Notes: generated from the sequence alone by a model not told the origin. A stretch of 64,000 nt of DNA from Octopus vulgaris (GCA_951406725.2 OX597826.1:81592001-81656000); one strand, 5' to 3'. Shown: positions 16,807-30,784, numbered from the stretch's first letter. A program made the numbers and translations.

Positions 16807-18156
16807 GCAGCAAATAATGATATTGCATCAGCTATCAGTGCATCACACTCTTCCTTTCTCTCTTTATATAGATATAGATATATTTCTGTGTTCGTTTCAC
16901 AGATCTAATGAAATTACCTATTTCCTTTTCTCTAGTTTATATAATGTAATACCTTTATTTCTATCAAACTCGATAACACATTCTGTTTTACTTTATTATC
17001 AGGTATATTTTTAATATCCACCACCACATCCATATGAAACAACAACTTGATCTCTCAAGTGGCATATTTTTGCCATTCTATCACACCATACAACATTAAC
17101 ATTAACAACAACAACCGACGGCTCTAAGCTGCCAGTTTCACCGAATAATACGGTCAGATGTCAATTTACTGGACATCATTCCAGTATGGCCAAATGGTTA
17201 AAAAGCTCCCTTTACAATCACAAAGTTCCAAATTTGATCCATTCGCATGGCATCATGAGCAAATGTCATTTTCAGTTTGCTTTGAGTTGAGCCAGCGAAA
17301 CCAGGTTTCCATGGAAACGGTTGGGAGGCCCAGTGGACATGTTGCACCTGTATTACAAATGTCAAGCCATATCATAGTCTGAGTCTAAGGAGAATATAAT
17401 GGATATATGTATTTGTGAAATTGCCATCCATTTTCAAACTGAGCAGGTAGTTCTGGTAATTTTTGTAACAGAGATCTACAGAATTTACTGCATAATATAC
17501 CCTTGCAGCATTTTATATTGAAACAATGCATATCTTTCCAATACATCTGTAACTTAACTCCTCCATCTCATTTCCACGACATTGCCATGGCTACAGCCTA
17601 TAGACTGGAACAACCAAATTGTTGTTGTAGCAACTTAGTCCCAGATCAACTCTGTCATTTATAGAACGGTAAGTCACCATGTTATCATTTACAGTATTTG
17701 GTGTAAAAATTTGTGGCTCACTTTTTATATCAGTGATACTCATCTAGAAGATTACTCCGAATATTCTTTCTTCGTTGCTCTCGTCCACAAAACTTGTTTT
17801 CCATAAACCAAAGGACAACATAAAGGGAACAGTTACAATAAGTCACTCGTCTAACGCACCAATACATCTACTAATCTGTCTCTCAGGGTTGCTATTACAT
17901 TATTGACCCTGGAAGGACAAAAGCTGAAATTCACCTCAAACGGATTTGATCTCAGAGGGCACAAATCTGAAATAAACACTATAGGGTCTAAAAACTGACG
18001 CTTTCATGATTCTTTCTGTGCCTGAAAGGAAATAACTAAATTCCGCTCAGGATTTTGTCCACACTGTTCTGCATTTGTCAACCCGTTGTCTGTGAGAAGA
18101 ACAAAATACATGTATCATACATGTATATACATACACAATATTATATATATAGAGAT

Positions 18157-18275
18157 GTTGCGTCTGGGGAGAGTCATTCTGTTTTAATGCCTTATTAATT
18201 AACACACTCACTGGTTCAATTTCCACTTATTATTTTTCTTCTAAAATTTTGGTTATTTCTTGCAACCTCTTCAAT
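18157..18275 (+). repeat. Dispersed, inverted, diverged copy of block A of the 1-3065 array
   Basis: gtctggggagagtcatt..aacacactcactgg..ctaaaatttt is the reverse complement of block A and again abuts (TA)n. Confidence 0.8.
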
Positions 18276-18649
18276 GGTTGTGGACTCTGTCCATTATCAG
18301 AGCTGCGCTCTTTCTGTTTGATTGTGTGCATGTGTGTATGTATGTGTATGTATGTGTGTATGTGTGTGTGTATTTATATATATGTATTCATGTGTGTATG
18401 TTTGCATGTATGTATTCTGCATATTTGTGTGTCTGTGTGCATGTTTGTGCTTGTACGTGTGTGTGGTGTGTGTGTGTATGGTCATGTGTTGCCATCTCTT
18501 TTTGTGAATGTATGTGTGTGCGTGTATGTGTGTGTGTATGCTTGTCTGTCTGTATTACCTATGTACCTATCTATCTACTTATCTATCTGTTTGCCTACTT
18601 ATATATACATATTTGCCTACTAACAAATCTACCTGTGAATGTATAAACT

Positions 18650-19040
18650 TTGGGTTTTGGGGTATCACTACCTTCAATGTGTATCCCCTATTTGTACAGG
18701 GGATGTTTCATATATGACGACGTACTCTTGAATTTGTCTGAGTGTTGGGTCCTTTGGGTGCTTGGATAAAATGTGGATGACAAGCTGACTCTGTGTGCCT
18801 TCATGTTGGTCTTTGGTTGTTGGTAGAGTATGGAAGACTGTTTTGTTTTTGTCATATTGACTCAAATTTTCATTTAATCTCTCTGCAATCCTTCTAGATG
18901 TCTCACCAATGTATGTCATGTTCTTGTCTTCCTTCAGAGCTTTCCTAAATTTTTGGGCTAGTTCTCCATGGGCTGTGGCCTCTATAAATGTCACTCCTTG
19001 ATATTTGATGGTCTTGTACCATGTGTTCACCCGGTTTGCT
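18650..19040 (-). mobile_element. Penelope-like element fragment: linker + GIY-YIG endonuclease (internally deleted)
   Basis: TWYK..FIEAT..L..YIGETSRRIAERLNE..DPTLRQIQE (ORF 18674-19030). Confidence 0.75.
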
Positions 19041-19044
19041 TTGT

Positions 19045-19345
19045 CACGAACTCTGTATCCTATTCAAGTCCTTGATACTGAACTTTAGTCAGAGACTGTG
19101 AACAACAAAGTGCAGCTCTTCCATTCCTATTACATAAAACCCAAAGCTTCTAAGTGTGTTGTTCACAAGAAGCCAGCTTTGCCACACAACATGAAAATCA
19201 AAACATACCGATAGCAGACTTAGACTAATGAACAACCTGTCCCCACTATGCAAACCCTATGAAACAAAAGAAACGTGTACAGAACTTCGTGCAGCGCATA
19301 CAATTCTCTGGATATGATCAGAAAGACAGGATTTGGGTATTCAGG
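19045..19345 (+). mobile_element. Penelope-like RT thumb fragment, inverted relative to the adjacent endonuclease piece
   Basis: PIQVLD..LFHSYYIKPKASKCVVHKKPALP..RLMNNLSP / VQNFVQRIQFSGYDQKDR. Confidence 0.65.
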
Positions 19346-19455
19346 GGAACTAGAAAGCAGTTAGCATTATATGTAATGAAGCCAGTGGCGCCTGCCCTAG
19401 ATATAGAAGACTAGAATAGGATACAGTGAGTATACTCTCTCTCTCCCCCCCCCCC

Positions 19456-20197
<742 letters not shown>

Positions 20198-20515
20198 AAG
20201 GTAAGCTGGCAGAAATGTTAGCACACCGGGCGAAATGCTTAGCAGTATTTCGTCTGTCTTTGTGTTCTGAGTCCAAATTCTGCCGATGTCGCCTTAATAA
20301 TGTATTTTTTGATTAGTTGATTGCATTTTATTGACTGTGGCTCCAAAAAAAAAAAAAAAAAAAATGCAGGCAGGTGTCAAATGCAAGTGTACATATGTAC
20401 TTTGATTCTATTCAGAGTATATTTTTTGCCAAATAATAAACATTAAAGTAATGACTTTGTAATTAGATTACAGCCAGGTAACATCCTTTCAGAAAGCAAA
20501 CCCCTATAAACTTAC

Positions 20516-20665
20516 TTGGAACAGAATAATAGGATCCTAAAAAGCCGTGACTTCCATTTGAGCTCTTTGAAGAGAATATAACCATTAGCTTTTTCCCTGT
20601 TGATGTATATGATGGCTTTGCCTCTCCACAGGACATTCCGAGAAAGCGGTTTGGTACTAAATCAC
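20516..20665 (-). CDS. CUB-domain gene exon (CUB C-terminal part)
   Basis: ttttgcag| (G)DLVPNRFLGMSCGEAKPSYTSTGKKLMVIFSSKSSNGSHGFLGSYYSVP |gtaagt. 150 bp, phase 1-1. Confidence 0.88.
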
Positions 20666-20934
20666 CTGCAAAATAACAAAAATATTTATTTTTGTACAAT
20701 AGAAAACTTTAATGATATACGTATATGCATGCCTGTATGCACACACACACACACACGAACACATGCATACATACACACACATACATACGTACGTACGTGC
20801 ATACATACATGCACACATACATACATATACACACACATACATACATATATACATACATATACACACACATACATACATACACACACACATACATACATAT
20901 GTACATACATACATACGTACGCACGTACGTACGC

Positions 20935-20989
<55 letters not shown>

Positions 20990-20997
20990 TACATACA

Positions 20998-21031
<34 letters not shown>

Positions 21032-21688
21032 CATATTGTTTTTTCTCACACATTTATATGTTCTGGTAAATGTTTAAATTTTCACCTTTTTCTAAAAATT
21101 TTGTATTTTTGTTAACACCTGTAGAGATTTAATTTTTGCCATGTGTCACAAACACAAATTCCTTACTGCTCTAAAATAACGAAGATGGTAAAATTGGTAA
21201 AAATTATGTTTTGTATTGAGAAAAATTCATAACAAAATTCATTATTTCAAGTTATGAGAATTTGAAAGCTTTTATATTCTGAACCGGAATTTTGTTCACA
21301 GCCAACCAACTTTTTCTTTGTTGTTATTGGTTTATCTCAAATGAGATCAGATCAAGCAGGCCTATGATCAAAAGCTTTCCATCCACGGCCATCCAGTTAT
21401 TTTCATATTTGCTGTAATGGCTCTGGCCAGTTCCCTGCATTCAAGGACAGGATTTGGGAATTTTCTTGTAGCACATTCCTGCCACTGACCTCTATTAATT
21501 TCTTTTTAAGGTATAGCTATTTAATCTGACATATAAACAATGCTGAGTGTTTATCTTGCTGTAACGAGAGGAAACGGTGGAGAGAAGTCGTTTATTTTGT
21601 AGTTGATGTTCTTTGATGTTTGAATGTGATGACATTGTTTGTCATCACATTCTCCAGAATTACACCGAAGGTCTGCTTGATGACTTAC

Positions 21689-21822
21689 CATCATAAACAC
21701 TTATACTTTCTTCACTACAGTCTTCTTTCTTTGATAGTTTGGAGTAAATTATTGATAATTTTACAACATCAGGGCCATCAGAAGCTATGACCCAGGCGCA
21801 GTGGCTGGATTTCTTTGAATTT
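21689..21822 (-). CDS. CUB-domain gene exon (CUB middle part)
   Basis: ttttctag| NSKKSSHCAWVIASDGPDVVKLSIIYSKLSKKEDCSEESISVYD(G) |gtaagt. 134 bp, phase 2 to 1, splices in frame to 20665. Confidence 0.88.
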
Positions 21823-21913
21823 CTAGAAAATATAAAATGGGATTGTATTAAAAATTTGAACATTATAAACTAAAAAATCATAAGTAGATACACATAGGCA
21901 CATAATAAAATAC

Positions 21914-23560
21914 ATCATCATCATCATCATCTTTTAACGTCTGTTCTGCATGCTGTTATGGGTTGGATGGTTTGACGGGAGTTGGCCAGCTGGAGCGCTG
22001 CCTGGTTTCCATTTGTCTGGATATCCTTTGCAATGCCGACCACTTTACAGAGTGTACTGAGTGCTTATATGTGGCATCAGCATGAACGCTTTCACATGGT
22101 GCCAACATGAATGCTTCCATGTAGGAGTACCAGCATAGGTGCTTTTATGTGACACCTGCATGGACACTTTTATGTGGCACTAGTACTCATGAGCAGGATC
22201 TCTTGGCTGAGAGGGGGATGTAGAGGACATGCTCGTATGCATGGGCAGTCATGAATTTACTTAGCGTGACGGGTGTTCTGAAGCACAAACCACCAGAAGT
22301 CTTGGTCCCTAGACATCTCTTCTGTGAGGCCCAACGTCTGAAGATCCTTTCTCACTGCTTCATCCTACATCTTTCTGGCTCTAAACCTTCCATACATTTA
22401 CTCTACAATTAGAGATCGGCACTTCTTGATACAGCTGTCCTCGTCCTTACGCATCACATGACCATACCAGTGCAACCTTCTCTCTTGCACACTATACCTG
22501 ATGTCTCGTCTGCCCAATTTTTCTCTCAAATCACTCACATTCTGTCGAACATGCATATTACCCATCAAGCCTTTGCATGGTCCTCAGTAGTCACAGCACA
22601 TGTCTCACTGCCATGTAGCATAGCTGTTCGTACACAGGTATTATACAATCTACCTTTCACTCTGAGAATGAGGCCCTTTGTTACCAACAACGGTTGGATC
22701 ACTTTGGACTTTGCCCAACCTGTTCTTATTCCAGCAGCTATATTTTCAAAAGTGTCTCTTCCACTGCCAAGTTGGTTACCTAAGTAACAGAAACTACCTA
22801 TGATTTCTAAGAACCACCCCGGACATTTGACGGAGTTTATTTTCTGTACGTTACTAGTGTTTTATATGTAGCACATCTTCCACATATGAAGACTACTTTC
22901 TCAGTTAACCTTCCAGTGATACTGCCAAACACCACTTATGTATCCGTCACTTGCACTGGATACTCCGTGTGGTGTTTCTACCAAAACCATTTCTACATAT
23001 CGATCAGGACCATCTAACTGAAGGGATCAGTGATTTGTCTGTTTTCCAACTTTCTAGGATTTCGGTCATTCTTAAATTAAGTCTTGATTCCAGACCTTGG
23101 TTCTACACCTGAAATTTCTTCTCTACTCCTGTAAGTAAATAGAGCAAGGTTATCAGCACAGAGGAGCTCCCAAGGGATCCTGTTTTAAATTCCTCTGTTG
23201 TGGCCCGGAGGACTATAATAAACAGGAGGGAGCTGGAAACCAATCCAAGGTGAACTCTTACCTGTAAACTAAATTCCTTGCTCTACTCATTGCCCTCACC
23301 GACCATTCCTCTATCCTTAGCTTCTGTATTGCTCACCAGATAAGAGAATGAGGGACCGTGACGATGGCTTTCTCCATGTCACACAAAAACCAAACACAGA
23401 AGTGTCTTTTTGGCCAAGAACTTCCCCCGCAGATGCGCCACCAGGAAGATAGTATCAGTAGTACTTCTTCCTGGCACGAAACCAAACTGCATCTCGTCTG
23501 GGCTGACTTTCTTCTTGATTAATTGAGCTAGGATCCCTTCTGTAACTTTCATCACCGGTT
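21914..23560 (-). mobile_element. Decayed RTE-clade LINE, 5'-truncated, (GAT)n tail
   Basis: MQFGFVPGRSTTDTIFLV at about 23440-23495, GHVMRKDEDSCIKKC at about 22420-22465, and (CAT)n at 21914-21931. Confidence 0.8.
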
Positions 23561-23570
23561 CATATATATG

Positions 23571-23838
23571 TACGTGGTCTAATCAATAAATATTCGGACT
23601 GTTGACATAGTAACGAAGCTAAAGCACGCAGAGTGAAGCCGCTTGGCATAGATTGATCTTGAGCTCTGCTGAGCATGCGCTCTAAGTTTTAACGTTCTAG
23701 CTTACTTCCGCTGTTTACAGCAGTGCTTGGAAGGAACGTGTGTAGCGTGTGATCGTCGCATTGACCATGATAGAGAAAGTTGAGCAGAGAATCTGCATCA
23801 AATTTTTCCAAAAGCTTGGTGATACGTGCTCGGAGAGG
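23571..23838 (+). mobile_element. Mariner element 5' end
   Basis: TA-CGTGGTCT..AATAAATATTCGGAC TIR-like start, followed by MIEKVEQRICIKFFQKLG. Confidence 0.75.
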
Positions 23839-24134
23839 AGTGTATGAACCGCACATAAGTGTACAGGTGGTCAGGCGTATATGCACATGATCATATTCAC
23901 ACATTATTCTGAATACATTTACATACAGATGCAAATACACAAGCATATATTATGAGAATTTGAATCTAATCTCACACACACATACATGTAAATCACAGGT
24001 ACAAATACATACACCCACACAAATATTTCACGTACATACACAAACACACATTGTTAACACATTATTCTAGATAAATAAGGCGACATATACATACATACAT
24101 ACATATGTGTGTGTGAATAGTAAAATAAAGAACA

Positions 24135-24640
24135 TTAACTGCATCGAGTGTTGGTAGGATACGGTAGATATGCAAATACCATATCCAATTTAAACTATAG
24201 ATCCGACTCTTACTATAGATCCGTTGTGGCTTTTATAATTTGGGACAACTTTTTCGCTAGAATTTTATTGATTTAGTGCATTCCTAAAGGGTTACATAAT
24301 CATATACAACCCACGTTCACCAGGTAATGTTTTAAACAGGTCAGGCTTTAAACATCGACCCACACATAGCTAACATTAACTGGAGTGTAATTCTTAAGTT
24401 TTACATTCAAATGCAGAGGGTAATTAGGTGTGGCTTAAGACAGCAAATAAGAAACAAAGAGATCATATAAATAATATACAACCTATATTCACTTATCTAA
24501 ATTGGTTTATGGTTTAACAATGACGCACAATTATCTAAGAATCAATAGCTATATTATCGCCATGAGTTGTAATTAAAATGTCTTGAAGACCTTAGCATAT
24601 ATATTGTCAGTTAAAGGAGACATGCCAAGAAGTTCACCGA
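24135..24640 (-). pseudogene. Heavily decayed CUB-like coding remnants
   Basis: Fragments TPNYPLH..NVSYVWV, ERG-C-YDYVT, ttctag|..SCPK..SHNGSIV (with a cggatctatagt duplication) and YLPYPTNTRCS*. Confidence 0.45.
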
Positions 24641-24711
24641 CCACCAGCATCAAACATCAGTCATCAAAGTTCATCCACCCCTATTCATAATATGTACAAT
24701 AGATACACGCA

Positions 24712-24752
<41 letters not shown>

Positions 24753-24757
<5 letters not shown>

Positions 24758-25016
24758 CGTGACCGACCAGGCTATCGCTGGTCACAATGCGCTTCGCATT
24801 GTTTTAGCCTTCAAATGACGCCACCCCGCTGGCTAAGCGAGAAGGCAAACAGAAAAAAGAGTGAGAGAAAGTTGTGGTGAAAGAGTACAGCAGGGAACGC
24901 CACCCCCTGCCGGAGACTCGTGGAGCTTTTTAGGTGTTTTCGCTCAATAAACACTCACAACGCCCGGTCTGGGAATCGAAACCGCGAGTCCGCTGCCTAA
25001 CCATGGGCCATTGCCT

Positions 25017-25019
<3 letters not shown>
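24753..25019 (-). mobile_element. tRNA-derived SINE (family 1) inserted in (TA)n
   Basis: tRNA-like head with A/B boxes (tggttaggcagcggactcgcgg..ttcgattccc). Body is nearly identical to 49056-49368. Confidence 0.85.
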
Positions 25020-25067
<48 letters not shown>

Positions 25068-25200
25068 TATATATACATACATATATCATTTAAATATATA
25101 TGAGCATGTCTAGATATGAAACTGCATGCATGAGAATACATACAATAAAGCAAAACATACAAACCCGCACATATATATATATATATATACATACATACAT

Positions 25201-26192
25201 CTCAAGAAACACTCTTCTTGATGATATCCTATATATATCCCCAAAACAGCTGGGCTCTCTTACCTCAGAGAAGACCTGGATGGAATGCACCCAGCATACA
25301 AGAAAAGGACCCTGCATGGGTATGTTATTCGGAAGCTCGAAAAAGACGGTAGAATTGGCACAAAGCGCAGCCGCTCTTAGACACAAGACCACTACGTCAC
25401 ATCACACTTTGAAGTCTATGCATTTGCAATCCAGGAACAGGAAATTTCCACAAAGTGCCTGGGGAGCAAGAGAGACAGTAAAGTTCTTGTAATCCCAAGG
25501 TACAACCACATGTGTAGACTACGTCATGTTTCTGTGGAAGACATCACGCATGTGATTAGCAGCTGTCCTAAAATGTCGTCACGATACTACCTCCCTATGC
25601 AGCACGATGTTGTTGCTAAAACAATTTACAGTGCCATCTGCAAAGAAGACGGTTCTGAAATAAACTTAGAAAATCCCTTTGTTGTGGAATACATCCATAA
25701 ACATCAATTCAAAGAATATTCCCATCACGTCTGTCAAATGTAAATATAACAGACCGGAGATTGTTGTTTGGGACAGAGGGGCAAATGTATGTACCATCAT
25801 AGAGGTCAGCTGCCCTGTAGATATAAATATCTCTTTGAAAATCAAAGAAAAAGAGGATATCTATGGACAACTACTTCGAAACCTCCAGCTTCTATATCCA
25901 GACTAGGAATTCATATTCGTACCAATAATAATTGGAGCACTAGGTTTTGTTAGGAAATGCTTAAAGGAGAATCTGGATAAACTGGGATGTTCAGAAAGAG
26001 AAATTGACCGGCTAATTCGTACATTAGAAGTTCAATCTGTGAGTGGAACGATATAAATGTGCAAGTCTTTTCTCAAATTCCAAATGTGAATTTGTCTGTG
26101 TTAACTATATTCCAAAGATGGAGCCTCGTATCTTTGTTGGAAACCGGTTCCCACCTCAGTCGAAGATTTATAATAATTAATTAAAAAAAGAC
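25201..26192 (+). mobile_element. RLE-type (R4/NeSL-like) non-LTR retrotransposon, 5'-truncated
   Basis: Zn-knuckle region CRL..EDITHVISSCP..QHDVVAK, RLE motif RPEIVVWD..IIEVSCP, then VPIIIGALG, 3' UTR and an A-rich end followed by (CATA)n. Confidence 0.85.
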
Positions 26193-26579
26193 ACACATAC
26201 ATACATACATACATACATACATACATACATACATACATACACATAAACCATACAATCAGTAATACCTTGTTGTTGATGTAGAAAATCCAATGAAGGAGCC
26301 GTGGATCTAGTTTAGAAAACGGCTCTTTCTCTACTGGCAAAAAATCTTGAAATAAAATTAAACAATGGCACACACAGACACAAACATACACAGATACACA
26401 CAGACACACACTTTATTCACTTTCATGTGTGACTTTATGCCACGAATGCGAGAAATCAGTATTCTACATAAAAATAAAAAGAATAAAGTTCCTTTATCCT
26501 GCAGAATCGTAGGGTCGGTTTCCCAGATGTTCCGGCGTATATACTGCTCGCTTTCCTGGAGGAGACACCGGTTCATTAT

Positions 26580-26731
26580 AGGGATATTTACTTTTGCTCG
26601 GGGAGTGGATTGGAGCTACAAGAAATGAAGTGTTATACTCAAGATTACAATCCATCGCCCGATCCAGGAATCGAAAACACAATCTTACGCACATGAGTCC
26701 AACACTCTAACCACTAAGCCATGCACCTCCA
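26580..26731 (-). mobile_element. Degenerate tRNA-derived SINE
   Basis: Head ggaggtgcatggcttagtggttagagtgttggactc..ttcgattcctgg. Confidence 0.6.
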
Positions 26732-26789
26732 TTGTACTCTATTTATCATTCAGTAAATGAGAAATAAAGATGTATAAACTATTTCAGTG

Positions 26790-27673
26790 AAGTAAAAGGT
26801 TAATGCAGAATAGAACTTCTCAGCTGTAATAATATGAAGCATGTCAAAAGAGCGGATTGAGACTACACTTGTTTCACACGACATGCTTGACATCAATCGT
26901 ATAACCTTCGACGCTCACTTGTATGGCACCAGTAGTTCAGCCGGTGTCTTAATGTCTTTCATCGATAACGAAACTGCTTGGACGGTTTTGTTTGAAGATA
27001 CTTACATAGATGGTTAATTCACTAATCTCGCTAAACGAGCCAGAACACAGAGTCAGCAGATGAGCAACATTTATCCTATTGAACCTAAACTAGACAGTCG
27101 ATGATTCGGAGAATTCGTTAGTTGAAAATCTTTAACGCCGGATCTCTGAAGTCATGTGGAAGATTTTGTTTCTAGAATTATTGTGCAATTTCTGCGTCAA
27201 AAGACATCATGCACTGCTGGTGCTGCTTATCAAGTGTAAACCCGGTTTGCGGACTGAAGGATCCTAACCGACAAAATTACGCAACGTGCAAATATCGTGA
27301 CGAATTAGAACTTGGTTTCTAATGATGTGAGAAATGCTCGTATTTCCTTGTAATAACTTCATGGCAGTGGGAAAAAAACCATGCAGGTATATGGCGAGTG
27401 CTGTCAGGCTTCCTTACTACGTAACAGACCAAGGCTATATAAAAACACACATACAAAGACATACTCTCAAAATATAAAAATTGATCAGATAATATCGTTA
27501 AAACAATGAAATTTGCCAGGAACCTATAAGAAATGATGTTAAGTGCGCAAAAAAACTGATAATACAACACTTATTTTACTCATTACTTTCGAATATAACG
27601 TAAAATTAATGATTTCCAGGTGAAAAAGGAAGTTATCGTGAAAAAACAAAAAAAAAACAACCGCTGAGGTTAA
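26790..27673 (+). mobile_element. Possible piggyBac-like relic
   Basis: DMLDINRI..LY resembles the piggyBac C-terminal NMLDI..NA..LY motif, and the region ends gaggTTAA. Weak evidence. Confidence 0.25.
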
Positions 27674-27721
27674 CTAAACTACCGACACAGGTCAAATCAA
27701 ACAGTAAATACATCTGATGTT

Positions 27722-27826
27722 GTATGTATGTCTCCTCTATTTTTTAATTATTATAAATCTTCCACTGAGGAGGGAACCGGTTTCCAACAAAGATACTTAA
27801 GATTTATTCTCCATTTTGGAGGACAA
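27722..27826 (-). mobile_element. Second 3'-UTR-only copy of the 25201-26192 RLE element
   Basis: Reverse complement of about 26110-26195 (tatctttgttggaaaccggttccc.cctcagt.gaagatttataataatt), also ending in CATACATAC. Confidence 0.8.
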
Positions 27827-28149
27827 TTAATGAGAAAACACAGCTGATGATAGCGATTCAGCACTGGGACCTCTAGACCAAGTTGATATAGAAAGAAATA
27901 CTGAAAAAATAAAACTGCAAAAGAGTCCAATTATTCCTGAGCAAAGCAAAAGCAGATGCTGAGGTGTGCACGAGAGGGAAAACGTCGCGAAAATCAAAAT
28001 ACATGATGCTGCCCTGAAGTTAGTGCTAAGCGAAATCTTATAAGGACATATAGAGCAGGAAAGTGCAGGATTAGGAATTAAGATTAAGGAAAGAAAACCT
28101 ATTAAGCACAAAGTATCAGCGTGGAAGGTTAAGATCCTAAAAGAAAATA

Positions 28150-29935
28150 GATGCTCTGAGAGAAGAACTCTCCTTCTTGGACAAATTAGCAAGAGGTGTC
28201 AACGTTAAAAACAAAACCAGAAAAAATAGCGCTTAGGAAACTGAATCAAAAACAAATGCAACTAAAAACACAGACTACGTAGATACAAACCACGTTGAGA
28301 TTCTATAAGCGAAATAAACTATTCCAGATTGATGCGAAGAAGTTTTACAGGAAGAAAGGAAAAACCAAAAACAGAGATTAAAATTCCTTCCTTGATTGAT
28401 GAATTCACAAATTTGGGGAAAAAATATAGAGTGAGTCAAAAGAGCAAATTAACACAGCGGAATGGAAAGGAAAGGAAAAAAAAAGATGGAAAATATTCCA
28501 TAGAAAATATATAAAGACATCTTTGTGGAAGTTGAGCAACTCTTAAAAGAGCTGCAAATTGAAAGGCTCCAGGAACAGATAAGATCTCAAATTTCTGGCT
28601 ATCTAATCACTCAGCATCATATAAACCATCGTATAAATTATATAAACCACCACATAAACCATCAGCCAAAGCTAACCCCTGCAAGGCTAGTAAAAGACAT
28701 AACTTATCTTCTTGCCCAAATCCAACGAGACTCATAGCCAAAGGATATGAAATTCTGAGAACAATTTTGAATCTTTTAAAATCGAAAATATTACAACGAA
28801 CGCTTAACGGAATCTTAATCTTCGGAATCTGGTCTCCTTTCTCTAAATATCATTGTTACTTATAAATAACAGCTCCAGTCAAACATCTAACTTGCTGTTT
28901 CTTAGGGTCATGGATGAGACTTGGAGCAGCTTGTGTAATGCGAAGCAACATAGTAAACATAACAATAAGAACAACAACATAAATGATGATGATGACGATG
29001 ATGATGATGATGAATACGCTGTGATAGAACTAGGACTTACGTGTGTTGAACTTGAAGAAAAGAAAACATATTAAAGCAGGATAATTTGTGAAAGAAAGCA
29101 CTCGAAGAAATGCCGACACATGGATTATTCAAAAGAGACTCCGATAATGTGAAAACTCCCAACTGAAAGCGTGAGTGGCTCCGGAGTGGAGATTTGAAGA
29201 TAGAAACTTAGAGTTTGTTAATGGCTCTTCAAATTCAACCATCAAAATACCAGCTGAATAAAGATGTACTGTATACTTTACTGATTCAATGGACCAGTGC
29301 CAGCTAGGTTATCAATGAATGAAAAAAATATTGATCCCATTACAGCAGGCTGTAAAATGTTAGCTGAGGAGAAAAAAAAAAGCAAAAGACAAAAAAAAAT
29401 GACAAAAACAAGTAACGCCATAAAAATGTACCCCACAATTTAAACTAGTCACTTTATGAAAGATGAATACAATAGAGCTGGAAAGCAATAGAAGCATGTA
29501 TTAGAGATGGTTCTGAATGAATTTAATAGCTGAAACATCCTGTACGATATTAACATCCTGCGAGAACAACTAAACACGGTAGGCGAGATGTTATTATACA
29601 ATGCTGTAAATATAGAAATGTCTGGTAATCACCATTGCTAAACCTTCAAACAAAAACGTTGCAAAGAATAGAAAATTCTCGAAATATGAATCGAAATGTA
29701 GGAATGAAAACTGAAAGCAATGCCAGTTAATATCGAAGAATTACGTTCAATTCAACTCTGCTCCGCTGCCACAAATCTCACAGACTTCGGACGACGACTG
29801 AGCGTCAAGACAAACAAGTGAGTGCAACCAAAATCAGTCCTCATTAGAGAAGTTCATATTCGTAGAAAGGTTCGTCTGTTTAAAAGCTTTTGTTAAGGCC
29901 TGACAGCAGGAAGAAAAAGAGCACAACAATAATGA
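28150..29935 (+). mobile_element. Highly decayed R4/Dong-like RLE retrotransposon
   Basis: NKLFQIDAKKFY, EWLRSGDLKIET*SLLMALQ, IDPITAGCKMLA, ILYDINI and KSVL..HI.RKV occur in the expected order. Confidence 0.65.
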
Positions 29936-29947
29936 GTAGTTTATATT

Positions 29948-30200
29948 TTGCTTGTTTGTTCCTTTTCGAGTCATGCCTGGCTCATAAGGGCCGGTTTTCC
30001 GGTTTCCTTGGCGTATAGGTTCCCCATCTGGACGGGACGCCGGTCCGTCGCAGGTGAGTTGTGGTACAGAAGTTCGCCATTACTTCTGCCGAAGCTTAGG
30101 TGTTTCGCTAATAAATACACACATCGCCCGGTCTGAGATTCGAACCCGCGACCCCTCGACCGCGAGTCCGCTGCTCTAACCACTAGGCCATGTGCCTCCA
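29948..30200 (-). mobile_element. tRNA-derived SINE, same head as family 1 with a different 3' body
   Basis: tggaggcacatggcctagtggttagagcagcggactcgcgg..ggttcgaatc, then cctgcgacggaccggcgtcccgtccag. Confidence 0.8.
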
Positions 30201-30259
30201 CAGTAGTTTATATCCATACTCTGTAATATGATGATGATGATGACAATCGTAATAAGCAA

Positions 30260-30450
30260 TTCGAGCACGAGAGCTGAAATTTGGAGAAGCGGGGGTTAGT
30301 TGATTATATCCACCCTGGTACTTGACTGGTACTTTATTTATCGACCCCGAAAGGATGAAAGGATAAAATGGCTTCGGCATGATTGGAACTCCGAACGGAA
30401 AGACTTCGAACAAATACTGAAAAACATTTTTCCCGATGCTCTAAGATTCT
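30260..30450 (-). mobile_element. SINE family 2 (Meta/MESC-like core), degenerate
   Basis: Core ttcatcctttcggggtcgataaa..gtaccag. Confidence 0.65.
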
Positions 30451-30784
30451 GTAGAATAAAGCAGAGAATGGTTGCATGAATAATGTTGAGGAAGACTTAC
30501 TTTTTGAAAGGTGTCGGGAATGATGGCGTATGAAGATAGTTCTTTGTATGTCTTTGGGCAGTTAGTTGGCTACTGCCAATACATTCTTCCGCTGCAAAAA
30601 AAAAAAAAAAAAACAAAGGTTAAAATAGGTAAATATCTATGAGGCATACTTTATTGTTGTAGAGCCCTTAAATATATAACATACTGTATAAACCATCATC
30701 GTGCGCGCGCACAAGTGTGAGTGTGTGTGTGCGTGCATGTTCTCTCTTTCTTTCTTTCTCTCTCTCTCTCTGTGGACGAGTGTA

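Noticed and set aside
27763-27790. CTGAGGA next to GGAACCGGTTTCC as a hammerhead
   Set aside because: The core halves are on opposite strands and there is no stem II. It is a 3'-UTR palindrome of the RLE element.
30120-30200. tRNA genes at SINE heads (also 49056 and about 40240)
   Set aside because: They continue into repeated SINE bodies and lack a proper acceptor stem.
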